A DNA stretch of 64,000 bases from Chrysomallon squamiferum (lineage: Eukaryota > Animalia > Mollusca), in assembly GCA_012295275.1 (NCBI GenBank), contig CM022672.1, positions 24,428,001 to 24,492,000 of the forward strand, given 5' to 3'. Both the position numbers and the translations under genes were made by a program. Below, piece by piece: positions 13,801-26,286 of the stretch (position 1 is the first letter of the stretch; each line of letters opens with the position of its first letter). The notes beneath the pieces were generated by a model that was not told the origin of the DNA, made no database searches, and saw only the letters and a program-made list of their open reading frames with translations.

Positions 13801-16800
13801 CCAGATCTGTAAGCAGACCACTGATTCTACCAAATCAAAATATCACTTTTATTTATTATACAAGTATATATTATATAATTAACAATATACTGAAATGAAA
13901 ATTTTCATATAAGTAAAATTAATTTAACTTTTTTATATAACATATTTATTTTTGAAATAACTTCATTTTAACTGAGATCACTGTGACTTATATAAAGAGT
14001 TTTGAATGAAGCTTAATGCCAGGAGAATGATTACTTTAGAAAAATAGTTAACAACTAAATGTTTTTAACAGGATTCTTTTGTTGTTATGTTCTGTCATTA
14101 ATTTTCATTTTAAGTTCTAATGAAAATTTAAAATATTATAAATTATTTTTATTTGCAAAACATGTTGGCTAAAAAAAAAAAAAATATCTGAATGAAATCA
14201 TTATTTGAAAATGTTGGTAATATTTACTACATGGTGTTTTTTCCGTATAAAGCATTATCCTTGTACAAACTGCAATTTGGCCAGGTTTTAACTTGAAGTA
14301 AATGGCAAATTCTGTAGTATAAACTCTATAGTCAAATGCATAATATGAAATACGACCACTTTGGAGGAATGAATCTATTATGGCTGGAAACACCTTTTAA
14401 AAAAAACGAAAAAGAAAATTGAATAATTAAATACAGGACAATATAAAAAAATATTAATATGCAGGAAGCAGTCAGTTAACTATGGTGTTTCTCAACTAAC
14501 CATCCAACTAACTGAATGCAATATGATGATATTCAATCTTACTGATATTTGGAAAATATAAAATGGAATAATTTAATAAAGTATTGTGATGTTTTTTTCA
14601 GGGGTACTTAGATTTTTGTTAAGTCAGTCACCCAGATCTTTCAGCTGATGTATTGTAATGGGTTTAAGCATGCTATGGTCTTCAATAAAATACAGTTAGT
14701 GCTGTTAAATCACTATTTGTCACCCTGAAATGATTTGTCACCTGATCTAGTATGAAACTGTCCAGGACCAGATGTAAATTTTATTATACAACAATCATGT
14801 ACAGTTAATCAGAGACTAATTACAAAAGATGAATTCAAACAACAACTCTGTGAAAACAAACAAGAGTTAGAAATTACTGACAGAATTAAATCCAAGGTAT
14901 TAACACAGAACAACGAAAAAACAAAATATATTAAAAACACAACTAGAAAAAATAAATATAAACATCAAACAGCTGGAGTCCATAGCCATATCAGCTGTAT
15001 ATAAAAGTGAGTTGGCCATGCACAAATTAAAAGACTCACAGCAAGCTTCTGTATGAGTCTGTGTATATGTATAATATCTTCGTAAGTAATTACTATAAAG
15101 ACTGTGTAATGAGTTGTTAGCACCTTTAAAACAAGAGTTAAAAATTTAAAAAAGTGAAGGGAAAATGAAGGTTATGAACAAGAAAATACACTAGGGTGAC
15201 AAATCATTATACAGAAAATCAAATTTTTCAGGATCTGGGTGACAAATCGTGATGTAAGAAGTGCTAACCAGAAATTCTATTTCAATTGGATAATTAGAAA
15301 GCACAGTATATTCTGAAAGGCATTTAACTGCTATCAAGTTCACTGAAACCATACATGAATAAGTATGTGTGCATGTGTATTAATATATCAAGAAAATTTG
15401 TATTTATGTGATATGGATGTTTAGTCATTAAGTTTTGAAACGGCATGTTTGCTTTAATACTAACTACACACAAACTGTTTTAATTTGTTTACTAAATCTA
15501 TATTCTGAATAATTACCTTGACTTCTTTACTATTGGGATTCCCAAGTTTTAATGCCTCATAAATATTGTTGGCTAGTTTTGAATAAATAGTAAAAGATTC
15601 ATAGCTAGTATCTTTTGACACTTCATAAGATCCCTTTGTTCCAATTGCAACAAACTTTAAAGTTTTGGAAAAAGTAACTTTTAATAAAGGATAATAGTCA
15701 TCATTCATCATACTGCTTAGTCCAAGAGAATCAGCACTACACCAGATAGTTTTTGTTGCATTAAGTGGCTCAGAATAGTTCTGTTTGCTGGAATATGTGG
15801 AGTAGCTTAACTTAGCACCAGGCACATCAGTTATACAAACTTTTTTAGAGATCACAAAATCTAAAAAAGTAAAGTAAAAATATTTTTACAAATATTAAAT
15901 TCGTTATATATTATTTTTAATGGAATTATGAAACAGAAAATAACAGACAAGAATAATTACAAACATTTCTTATTTAATGACCTTATTGTGGTAAATGTGT
16001 GCACATTTCGGAAAAGAAAGTATTTTTACTTTAGTGAACTATAGTCACCTTAAATGAATAAACAAATAACAAAATTTATGAATATAAATGGTCATTAGGT
16101 ATCAGTTATTATAAGGATTAGTCCTGAGAATTGTCACATATCAAGTCAGCAGTCTTACAACAACCTTCATTTGACTACAGTAATGGCTGGTAATTAAATA
16201 AATTTTGTAAAATTATGAAGTAATTGTTGTTCAGTGTTTATGGCATATTCTCCTCCTTGGGAAATAAAAATATGTTTATCTACAGTATTATTTGTTTCTC
16301 AATTACTGGAATTATTTTTTCAATATTTTATTATTTTCAAATACCTGACTGACTAATCAGTGTATAGACATGGCTTAAGGTTTAGTAATACAACTGAAAT
16401 AAGGGGGTTTTTAAAAGATTTTCCATGAATGACTGCAATCAATATATTTTGAAATAGACTAGTACTAGAGGGTAAAAAGATATTAATGCTTTTAAACATG
16501 GTATTTAATTTTTTATGTACAAATGAAAATGTTCTCACTTGTAAACAGCTCAAAGAAAACATAATTTTTTTTTTTCAATTTCAAATTAAAAAACAGAGAA
16601 CAGATGACATAAAACATTCAGTAAAGATTACTAAAAACAACTGATGCTTTAGTGAAAACTAATATTCTCACAAATAATAAAAATAATATTTTTTCAATGT
16701 TTTTTTTCAATTAAAATTATTTTAATATAGTTTATTCAGTTATACCATTAGTGCGAGCTTCATATACTATTATATTTCTAATGTGATCTTTTTTTAATTC

Positions 16801-16874
16801 ATACCACGTTGCAACATCCAGTTTATGCATAGAAAGAAATGAACAAAAATATCCATCATGTGAGATAAGTTCAT
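1054..16874 (-). CDS. Gene A: secreted multidomain protein (signal peptide; discoidin/F5-8C-like, EGF, C-type lectin-like x2; third discoidin; short tail), ~910 aa, 16 coding exons
   Basis: Phase-consistent GT-AG exons: 16874-16805 (MNLSHMMDIFVHFFLCINWMLQR), 15860-15517, 14393-14228 (discoidin-like 1), 12411-12283 (EGF CPVNNGGCQHQC..CTCFKGFILWRDGFKC), 12065-11895, 11726-11538 (CTLD 1, CLTQGGHL), 10947-10736, 9256-9131, 8320-8185 (discoidin-like 2), 6267-6139 (cbEGF VNECSKNPCSHNCIDTPEHFFCTC), 5795-5547, 4986-4789 (CTLD 2, CKKYGGHL..WFLGL..WQDG), 3626-3436, 2838-2665, 1481-1325 (discoidin 3, FIQVDL..YSRD..PIIARFVRI..LRIELYGC). The last exon 1148(or 1136)-1054 is less certain; AATAAA follows on the minus strand at ~1020. 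Confidence 0.85.
6681..7489. mobile_element. Non-autonomous Tc1/mariner-superfamily (Tc2/pogo-like) MITE
   Basis: TIRs ccgtatatacttgtgta(c/t)aag at 6681 and its reverse complement ending 7489, flanked by TA on both sides; no transposase; lies in a gene A intron. Confidence 0.8.
13117..13762 (+). mobile_element. Internally deleted hAT (Charlie/SPIN-like) element
   Basis: cagaggtactc...gtcaaccctg termini; near-identical 8-bp flanks ctttaaat/ctctaaat; decayed C-terminal dimerisation region (FWNL..KY.NMRKCTTSLTACFGYTYLC..MKIVKSKYHSTMTDDH). Confidence 0.75.
14699..15264. repeat. Probable MITE with imperfect terminal inverted repeats
   Basis: Left tgttaaatcactatttgtcaccc/gatttgtcacctgatc versus right gatctgggtgacaaatcgtgatgtaag; the ggtgacaaatc motif occurs twice at each end in inverted orientation. 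Confidence 0.5.
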
Positions 16875-17820
16875 CAGCAAGATGTGTGTTGTCTGTAAAT
16901 AGAAAACAGTTAACTTTTTCTTATTTTTAGTTTTATCTATAACTTTATTTATTTATTTTAATAAATTAGAAACTGTCATGATATAATAATAATTCTTAGA
17001 ATATAAACTGAAATAACAATGTAATTGTCTATTCCAAAATAAATTATTCTTCAAATTTGAATAACTAATCTTGCATTTCATTTACTAATACAGCAGTTAA
17101 AACCAAAATGAAATGATTACTATTATAATTTAGACATACTGGCAACAAGTTTCTGAAATATTACATAACATGACTACACTGTTTGGGTGTATATCCTTTC
17201 TCATGCTTTTAAATGTAATCTCTTGACTATGTGCATGCCCTCTAAGTCAAGTTTTCACTTACTGACACCTTCAGTGACATTGATTCCAATGTTTTATTAG
17301 TGTATTATCAGAGTATCAGTTATAGATTAATGATTCAATACTGACTTTCTTTTTATCAAAACAAACAAAGACTAATAATTTTTTGGATTTGTTACTTTCA
17401 TTTATTCATTAGATATCACAGACTGAACACTTATTGAAAACTGAAAAACTACATTACTTTTGATATATATTAATTTGCAATTTATGCAGAAGAGGCCACT
17501 TCACCAAAGCTTGTACATAAACGGGAGTCAACCAGCACCTGGCCAAGAGCCTCATGAGCACTGAAACTTTTCATTCATAATAATTAGGTGATACAGTTTA
17601 AATCCAATCAGAAAATAAACCCTTTGTTATGTGTATTGAAATTACAGCTTAACTTGAGATATGATATTTTAGAAAGGAATATATGTTGAAGATAGTTTTA
17701 TAACTTTTTATTGTATAAGATATAAACAAAGGTAATGATATCTTCTAACCACTGGACACAAAATTAGTTTTAAACATTTAGTTTAATGAAATAAGTTTAT
17801 ATTAATTTTTGTTTAAACTA

Positions 17821-18530
17821 CAGTGGTACCTTGGGTTAGGAATGCTCCAACATATTACTTTTTGCTTTGTGTTGCAAGCCAAAATCCAAGTTACAAGCAA
17901 GCTTCAGGTATGCTGCCACTAGCTGGCACCACATCTCCCACTCCTTTGCTTCACGTGGTTACCTCACCGTGGAAACATCTCTGTTGTGTAGTGTTCAAGT
18001 TTTGTGCAGTATTTTGACAAATTTCCATGGATCCTAAGAAAATGAGTGCAAAGGCCAATACTGAGAAGTGAGAAGCAGACAATGTCAGTTCAATTAAAGC
18101 ATAAAATCATGGAAAAGCATGAGTGAGGTGCATGTGTAGTCAACATGGCTAGGCAGTTTGAGCATAGTGCTTTTACGATATGTACCATACTGAAGCAGAA
18201 GGAGTCGATAATGGCTATACTCCAGCAAATGGCATTAAAATAATTTCTAAGCTACAGACCTCTGTCCATGAAAAACTGTACACTGTACAAAACCAATTTA
18301 TTTCTTTACATTCGCTTTTATTTTGTTTTTTATACAATATTTGTCATTTATACATTAATTTTTCTGATTTAAATACATATTACAAAAATATGGGGTTGTT
18401 TTGGGGGGCCTGGAATAGATTAATGGTATTTCAATTAATTTCTGTTGGGAAAATTGATTTGATATACGAGCAAGCTGAGTTACGAGCTCGGTCAACGAAC
18501 GAATTAAACTCATAGGTCAAGGTACCACTG
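17821..18530 (+). mobile_element. Tigger/pogo-family non-autonomous DNA transposon (copy 1)
   Basis: TIRs cagtggtaccttg...caaggtaccactg with TA flanks; decayed CENP-B-type HTH start MDPKKMSAK...CTILKQKE. Confidence 0.9.
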
Positions 18531-20457
18531 TATATTTTATAATTGGTATGCCATTTGTTTTCATAATTTACATTACCTTGTTATTAGTTGTGCTTGGTTA
18601 CACAGTTTGTTGTAGTTATGACTGGCTGTTGCAGAACTTTTCTTGGTAAATACAACAGCATGTCAGTTTCTGCATAATCTCATGTAATTGCATATTCTGT
18701 AATTAAAATATATGATAATACTTAGAAATGAGCATATTTTAACTTTATATTTAACAAGCAGGCACTTGTTGTTACTTTGTAAAACTTTACAACTTGTTTT
18801 GTTAAGCTACTCAAAATCTTACAAATAATCAGAATGTTATTAGTTATATGGTAAATTATCTCATATAAAAAAACATTAATGACTGATCATTCACCTTACT
18901 TTCAACATTTTATAATGTTATATTACAATATCTGAATTAATACATTTTCTGATTATTTTATAAATTTTCCCAGTACTAATTGTTATTTTAAATACAATAT
19001 ATTTACATACACAGCCTACTGTATGATTTATGAAAACTGGATTCTATGATTCTATTGTTTTCATGTATTTATCCATTTTGCTGTATCTGGAGACAATAAT
19101 AATAATCCTCAAATTAAGAATATGCATGCATCACTGGAAAGAGCATGGAAAAAACTAAAAATGATGCTGTCTTTATTATGATAAATTTAAAAATAAAAAT
19201 GTAATGGCATTTTTATGTTTCGAAATTGCGTTAATTTTGGCAGTTTATTCAAATTTACTAAATTCTCAAGGCATACTTAAAAAACAGTATATCTCTATGA
19301 CATTCTCAAGATATCATGTTCACTGCATGAAATTACGACTCAATCTTAGCTAAAGTTACTTGTAATTAATTTTGTATAGATATGATTATAAACATTTAAT
19401 ATGTTGAAGAGAAATAAAATATATATCCAATCAAATATCAGAATTTGATCACGTGGTTTGTTTACAAACTTTATAACAAAATTAAATGATTTGTTTTGGT
19501 GGTTTTTTTTTGTTGTTGTTGTTTTTTTTTTTTTATAGAACTATGTTGCTCCGCATCACATTTTGCTAATGTATTGCACAAATAGAATTAAATGCCTGAT
19601 CTATAGGCCTGACTAGTTATGGTAGAGACAAACACTCATCTTTTGTTTGTGCCTAGATTATTTTGTAAAGCTATTTTTCGTCAGAAAATTAAAAATACTT
19701 CTAGAACAGCTAAAGGAAAATTTAAAAAACGAAGCAGTATAGAATTATGTGAATTAAATCACATTAATAATATTAATTCCGGGATATTTGAAAATGGACG
19801 GACTACAACACTAATTCTAGAGATCGTGCACTTCTGCTGGATATAAGCGTTCACACTGATAGTGTAAACTAGTAATCGCGAAAAGTGCGATTTTGTTAAG
19901 TCCCTTCAGTAGCATGGACCAATGATTTAAAAAAAATAAAAATAGGAAACTCATTGTTGGCGTACATAACAGGTCATGTTTTAGGTTGAAAGATTTTTGT
20001 TTTAACGAAAGAGTGAAAATTTAATTTTTAAAAAAAAAAAAAAAAATGTATAAGGCCGATTGACGGACCTTTAATTGTCTTTTTTTTTTTTTTTTTTTTT
20101 TAAATTTCTGCTGTAAAACTGATTCAAGCGTTATAATGAACGTATTAAGGCAGTCATTCAAATAACACGTGATCAATTTGCTTTTTGCATGTAAATACGA
20201 CCTCTAATACATTGAAAATGGAAATAAATAAATAAATATATATATATATAATGGTTTCAAGTGTCGTTTTACATCTACGTAACTGTGTTAGAGGAGTAAC
20301 GTGTCTACATTATGGTACCTAATGAGAATAGTCATCTTCATATTCACGCGCCAGTGTCTGTGAAAATTATTTATTTAATTTTATTTTATTATTATTTTAT
20401 TATCGTTTTATTATCTGGAAAAAAAAATATATAGTACGAAACGTGTACGAGATGGTA

Positions 20458-20465
20458 TGACGTCA
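20458..20465. promoter_or_regulatory. Palindromic CRE (TGACGTCA) in a CpG-retaining region upstream of gene A
   Basis: Exact motif, with nearby CACGTG boxes (~19450, ~20166) and an ETS-like cggaagtttccg (~20664); function inferred only. Confidence 0.25.
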
Positions 20466-22924
20466 AAGATACAAAAAAAAAAAAAAAAACGGTTTCCATC
20501 GTGGCAGCAATTTCTACTCAGTAATAGACATCTATATATACGAGGCATTGATTAAATGGCATATTTTCCCAAATTATTTTGAATAATCCATGTACAATTG
20601 ATTGCATTATTAAGGCATGCATTCTTAAAAGTTTCTAAACACTAACCATCTTGGATTTCGATCGGAAGTTTCCGTAAGCTCACGGACATTTTTAAACTTC
20701 CAAATTAAATTATTTTGCGTCCATTTTTCAGAACTTTTTATGATATACACTGATAAAGGTAAGGATGGTTGTTCATATTACCAAACCATGATGTCACACG
20801 CCTTTTCCAACTACTTTTTCAACTTAATCAATATTTTCAAACTAGATATTTTTTTTGTGTAAATGCTTGCATAATAAACTGAAACTATAATTCGGAATAA
20901 GATTAATGTATTAACTTTTGTAGTTGTCAATGTTCCCCCTGTTAGAACCCAGCAGAAAAGAATATTTAAGGGTTGTTTGTACCCATTAAATCGAAATTTC
21001 CTCAGGCTTTTTTTTCCGTGACGTAATTTGTGCCGTTACAAGTTATCGTTCGTGCTGGTCCATGCTACCTACAGTCAGACGTTGATAAAGATGATAAAAA
21101 ATACTTTTCAATTTTTTTTTTATTACATTAGAAAATTAAAATATCATAATATTCTTCTTCTTTTACTTTTTTATTTTTTTTTTTTTTTTTATTATTTTTT
21201 TTTTAGCATAATTCTCATTAACGTGGGAATAGTAAAATTAAATTAAGTTTTATCGAAAATTAATTTATGAAGATAAAACTTACCATAAAATAGATATTTA
21301 ATATATCTATTTATATGAGACAAAATAGATATTTAATATGGAACTTTGCGACATTCGTATATTCGATTACAAATAACCAGACATTCAAAGAAATTTTCTG
21401 TGACAAATGTCGTCTGCACCAATTTCAGAGGAAAACTAGACTTTAAAACGTTCTTTGTTACGCTACTGCATATAAATTTGTAATGAATAAAATATTTAGA
21501 TAGTGACGTATAAGGGTTGAATTTTAGGTCATACTTAATTATAATGGACGATAGTGCCTGCTTCAAAATCTTCAAAATTAATGACAAGGCCATTACTAAA
21601 TAATAATTACATGCTTATTATTCATACATTTTATATATATATATATATATATATTGTAATGTGAAATAATAGAATTGAAACGTGTACAAGATGAGGATCT
21701 GATATCTTTAGAACTCGGATTTCGGAATTTTTTGCTATTGTGAAATTTAAGGAGTTAAACATGATTTAATCTGTTTTTATTTCATATATAGCTTACAGAG
21801 ACACGCGCGCACACATTTATGATTATAGATAGGTGGATAAATAGCTGAGGGATTCATTTGTCAGGATACTTGATCACTACTCCCACCTTGAATATAGGGA
21901 TATTCTTTTTTTTTTTTTTTTTTTTTTTAATTAAGGTGAAAACAGTCATCCCTAAATACATTTATCAGTGATCATTATTTTCAAACATGTTGCAATGAGC
22001 CCCAGTCTTTTAAAGTGCTACACTAACACAGCTTCAGATATTTTTGTCAAAATCTCAGGACCAGAATCACTTGTTTGGACATGAACTGTCAAAATAAGTT
22101 CATAGACGACACCCTTCATTTTGATATACACCAGTGATTTTGATGATGAGGATTAACAAGCGCCTGACGTGTGTGACTGAATGAAACTGCCCCGAGAATT
22201 ACTTAAACAAATCAGAAAAAAATAATAATAATAATAAAAAAAAATAAAAAATTCAAGGAGGCGCAGTTTTATTCAGTAAAAGATGGATTTCTACATTATT
22301 GCTACTCTGTTGATACTACCCCAGTGTAAATGGTCAAATAATCCCAGAAATCCAAAACTCTACAATGTCTCCATGATGATGAGTGTCCAGGAGGATATTT
22401 TTCCTGGGAGAAACAGTGTTATGGAGTCATTTTTTTCTGGAAAGGCATGAGTGATGATTGTAAGAATTAATATGCACATTGTGAAATAAATCAAATTAGC
22501 CAATGAATTCACACCTGTATCTTAACTTTTCAAGTAAGTTTGCTTAAACAAAACTTGCTGGTACCCGAGATAAGCATTCCTATACTGAGGTATGGATCCA
22601 GGAAATATAAGAGGGGAAGCTAAGTAACCTGAAGGTCAGCAGCTGGTGCTAAGAAAGCATGCTCTACCCAGAAAATTTAGTAAAATATATGTCTGAAAGT
22701 AACGAATATCCCTAGACGAGTTTTTAAGGTTGGATTTATCACAGAATTAAACTTATCACAATCATAGCAATAAATAGCAACACTAATTTTCCTTGCAACC
22801 AACACAACAAGCCAACATAGAACCAAATAACAGTCCCACCAAGCACTGGGGGGGGACAAATATTCGTCAGTTGAAACAAATATTCGTTCCAACAAGGTAC
22901 AAATATTCGTGAAACAATAATTCT

Positions 22925-23350
22925 TCCATACCGGCTCACTGTGGCATACCTGGAAATGATAATGCAGACAGACAGACTAGCAGGTAATGGACAGGATGAT
23001 AACTGGGTGACATATGAAGCGATGAAATCCCATATTAAATCTCTATATAGACTTTCCAAACAAACGGATGACTACTACCTACTATCCCTCCATGAACGAG
23101 TTATCATTGTCCGAATAAGGAATGGACACAACAGGTTAAACCAGCATATGCATATGACTGTGATAAGTTCTGGCTGGTATCTTTTTTCATATGCTTCTGT
23201 GGAGAAGAAGAACAGACGACTAAACACATCATCATTCTAAACTGCATAAACCTACAGCAGCTGAGGGAAACTCCAGAAGACTTGCATGGCAACCGAAGTC
23301 ATCCGCTGGCCTTGACATGTAGTCAAAAAGCGAACGAAAATAAGAAGAAC
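22925..23350 (+). mobile_element. 3' end of an RNase H-bearing LINE (I/Nimb/Ingi group)
   Basis: IPAHCGIPGNDNAD (RNase H C-terminus), then DDYYLLS..RVIIVRIRNGHNRLNQHM and a CCHC-like remnant, ending in an (AAG)n-like tail at ~23340. Confidence 0.75.
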
Positions 23351-23789
23351 CCTAAAAGTATTCTGACTGCATTGTCTTAGCATAAATAACATTGTGACGC
23401 ATCAATGTTTTTGCCGAAAGAGTTCCGATCGATCCCTGCAATTATTATCAAATGGTAAGGATAAATTAAAGATGTTTCGTATTTCAAAATTGTAAACTAC
23501 AGGCATCTTAGATCTACTTATATAACTTTCAAGAAATATAATATTTTGTAAGTTTATAATATGGGGTATATTATTATTCTAAGGAACTATAGAAAGGACA
23601 ACATTTATATCCAATTACTGAGAAAATTTCGCTGAAATTCCAACAGAGAAAACTTCATATAAGGTAAACATAAATAACTACAAAGATTTGACTCCGAAGC
23701 AGATGACAGTAATTATATGATGTTGAAACTATATCCTGTTAAGCTCAGATTTGCATACGTCTCCCTCTGACTTAACGTCGTTGATAGAA

Positions 23790-24950
23790 ACGAGTACTGC
23801 TTTTATAGTTCTCAGCACTTGAGAATGAATTAAGTAATCCTACAAATGTTATTTTACGACTGCAGATTGTAAGGAAGCATGAAGTGTGAATAATTGGATC
23901 TTGCGTTGTCCACTGTGCAGGAATCCAAGCAGAGCAAAGCCCACATGGAGGCAACCTAGGTTTGCAGGAGGCAGGTGTCGAGGTAAAATGGTATGGCAAC
24001 AGGGGAATGAGGTGGTAGCAGCTAGACAGTTTCATTTTAGAGAAGCTGGGTTTGAATGACATGGTAACGATGAAGTCCAGGGAGCTGATTCAGAAAATCA
24101 CTTCCTCGGTCCTGCGACTGAAAGCACCCTCCCCTCTGTGAGGATCATATGGTCAAATATGCTGCCTCGCGTCTACTAGCATAGGGCTAAACACCCAGTG
24201 CAAGTAGACAAGGCCAGAAAAAGAGTGAACATCACAGCAAAATCACGGGTTCTTGCAGACGGAGCAGCCGTCATTGAGCACACCGCAGTGCAAGTGGGAG
24301 ATTTCGATTTGTTCAGGACTGATGGGGTCTACTTGTCATTCAAGGGAAATACATTGTACCTGGAAGGAATGCAGAAAACAGTGGAATGTTATGCTTGAGG
24401 GGGATGGCAAGGTGTTTCCATGAAGTAAATGGATAGATAGAGTGGATATAGACTCACCCCGGGAGACAGCTGCAGAGCTACGGTTCACCTGGACCAGGGT
24501 TTAGACTTCACCTATTGAAATGTAGGGGAACAGGTTATTACCAAAGGATTCACTGGCATGTGCCAGACGAATCCGCTCCGCCTTCGGGGCCGAAGTGGAG
24601 TGGTTCAGCCCACCTACAAATTACTGACGGGGCAGATAAGGTAATGTAGATATACTTGATCTTCGGGGCCGAAGACGAGTTTTGTCCACCTACGAATTTT
24701 ACCGAAGGGGCTGGTTTAATTAGGGCAATTACGGCTTGGGAACCTTGGCTCTTGCCAACTCTCTGATTTAAGGACAGGAGGGGTATAAGCAGCCAACCAT
24801 GTATACCATGATTGGCAATGACGAGCTGCATACTCTATCAAGAGGGCAGTCAGAATGTCTCCAGGGGGACCTTGGTTATTAGTTTTATTCAGCTGCGGCC
24901 AGGTTTTTTTATCCAACAATAAAATGGGCTTGGGGTATTCATGTAAATGT
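23790..24950 (+). mobile_element. Ngaro/DIRS-type tyrosine-recombinase retrotransposon relic (SGNH hydrolase ORF plus 3' repeat region)
   Basis: Decayed ORF reads V*IIGS.VVH..PHGGNLGL..VEVKWYGNRGMRW..NDMVTMKSRELI..RIIWSNMLPR..VDKARKRVN..DLFRTDGV(Y)LS (SGNH blocks); followed by a GC-rich noncoding region with ~79-bp repeats. Confidence 0.65.
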
Positions 24951-26286
24951 AAATAATTGTACATCATGAAAGATCTGACCTGTACATAACTGTATAAATA
25001 AATATGTATATTTGTTATCATTTGTAACGTTTTTTATCTGGGCATTAATTTTATATCTTTCCAGATGCAGAACAAAGCTCGTAATATTTGGCGCCCATTT
25101 GTCTTCAGAATTCGTATACTAAAATATCTTTAGAAATAAAGGATTTACCTGTACAATTAACAGAAGATGATGGCCTAAGCACGGTTCGCCACTGCTGAAT
25201 AACAGTTAAGATTCATGAAATAAGAATGAAAAAATCATAACCCTTTTTCAGGTTTTATTCTAGGCCATTCCAGGACAGACTTAATAATATCTCTTGGTGT
25301 AGAAAAAAGTAAAAGAAATGAAACCCAGTTACCTAACAAGCCTGCATACATATTAAAGTACAGATTAAATAAATACTAATTAAAGATAAATTCGATTTCA
25401 TAAAAGTGAATTTTATTTAAACGAATAAACAAAATGTGGAGAGACAATAAATTAAGTAAAAAGTATATAAAAATAAAAATTAAAAATCACTGCAGAAAAC
25501 TAAACCTTAATTTTGTAATTTAGATCATGATAAATAAATAAAAGAAGCTCACTTTTTAGAAATATACATTATTTATATGCAACAGGTCCTTAGTATATCA
25601 AAAAGGAAGTGACCGAGCACTTTTTTCATTTATGACTGATGACAGAGGAAGCTTTGATGAAGCTGCATGTCAGTATTGACTCAGAAATATTCAATCAATC
25701 ATAAATAGTATTCTGAAGTCATCAAACTATCAAACACATAGGTACGTCTTTTCTTTATTTTATACAGTTTTGAAAATATATTGCTTTCTTCTAACGATTA
25801 GTTTGCTTTTATTTTCTTCATCTCCATTCAAATTAGATTAATTATGCATTGATTTGAATTACGAAAATATTAGATGTTCCAAAAAGAGTTTGATCGTTTA
25901 AATTAATTTATACTTTCAGGCGTTTACGTTCATATTGAAGCTGTTTCATTAATGTGACTAATGGTTTAGATATTAACTTGAAATCTATTGATTTTTCATG
26001 TGAATATTAGAAAAAAATGCATACATTTGTAAATACTTATATATATATATATATATATATTCACGATAAATTAACATATGAAAGATATATAATAAATATT
26101 ACATTAACTTTCTGTTTGTTTATTTTTGTTATAAATATTATAAGAAAAGTCAGATCGCAAAGAACATTTCAACGCATCTTATTCAAATTCCTATAATCTT
26201 TTTTTAAAGCTAATGATTATTTCAACAAATACAAAAATTTAATTAGAAATTATCTTACATTTCAGGTTAGAGCTCTGCATGTAACA

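Noticed and set aside
16345-16562. ORF 16353-16562 or a small exon as the gene A start
   Set aside because: No phase-compatible donor; the 16874-16805 exon matches gene B's signal-peptide exon.
22856-22912. Thrice-repeated acaaatattcgt motif as a regulatory array
   Set aside because: It abuts a LINE fragment and is most likely TE-derived; no supporting evidence of function.
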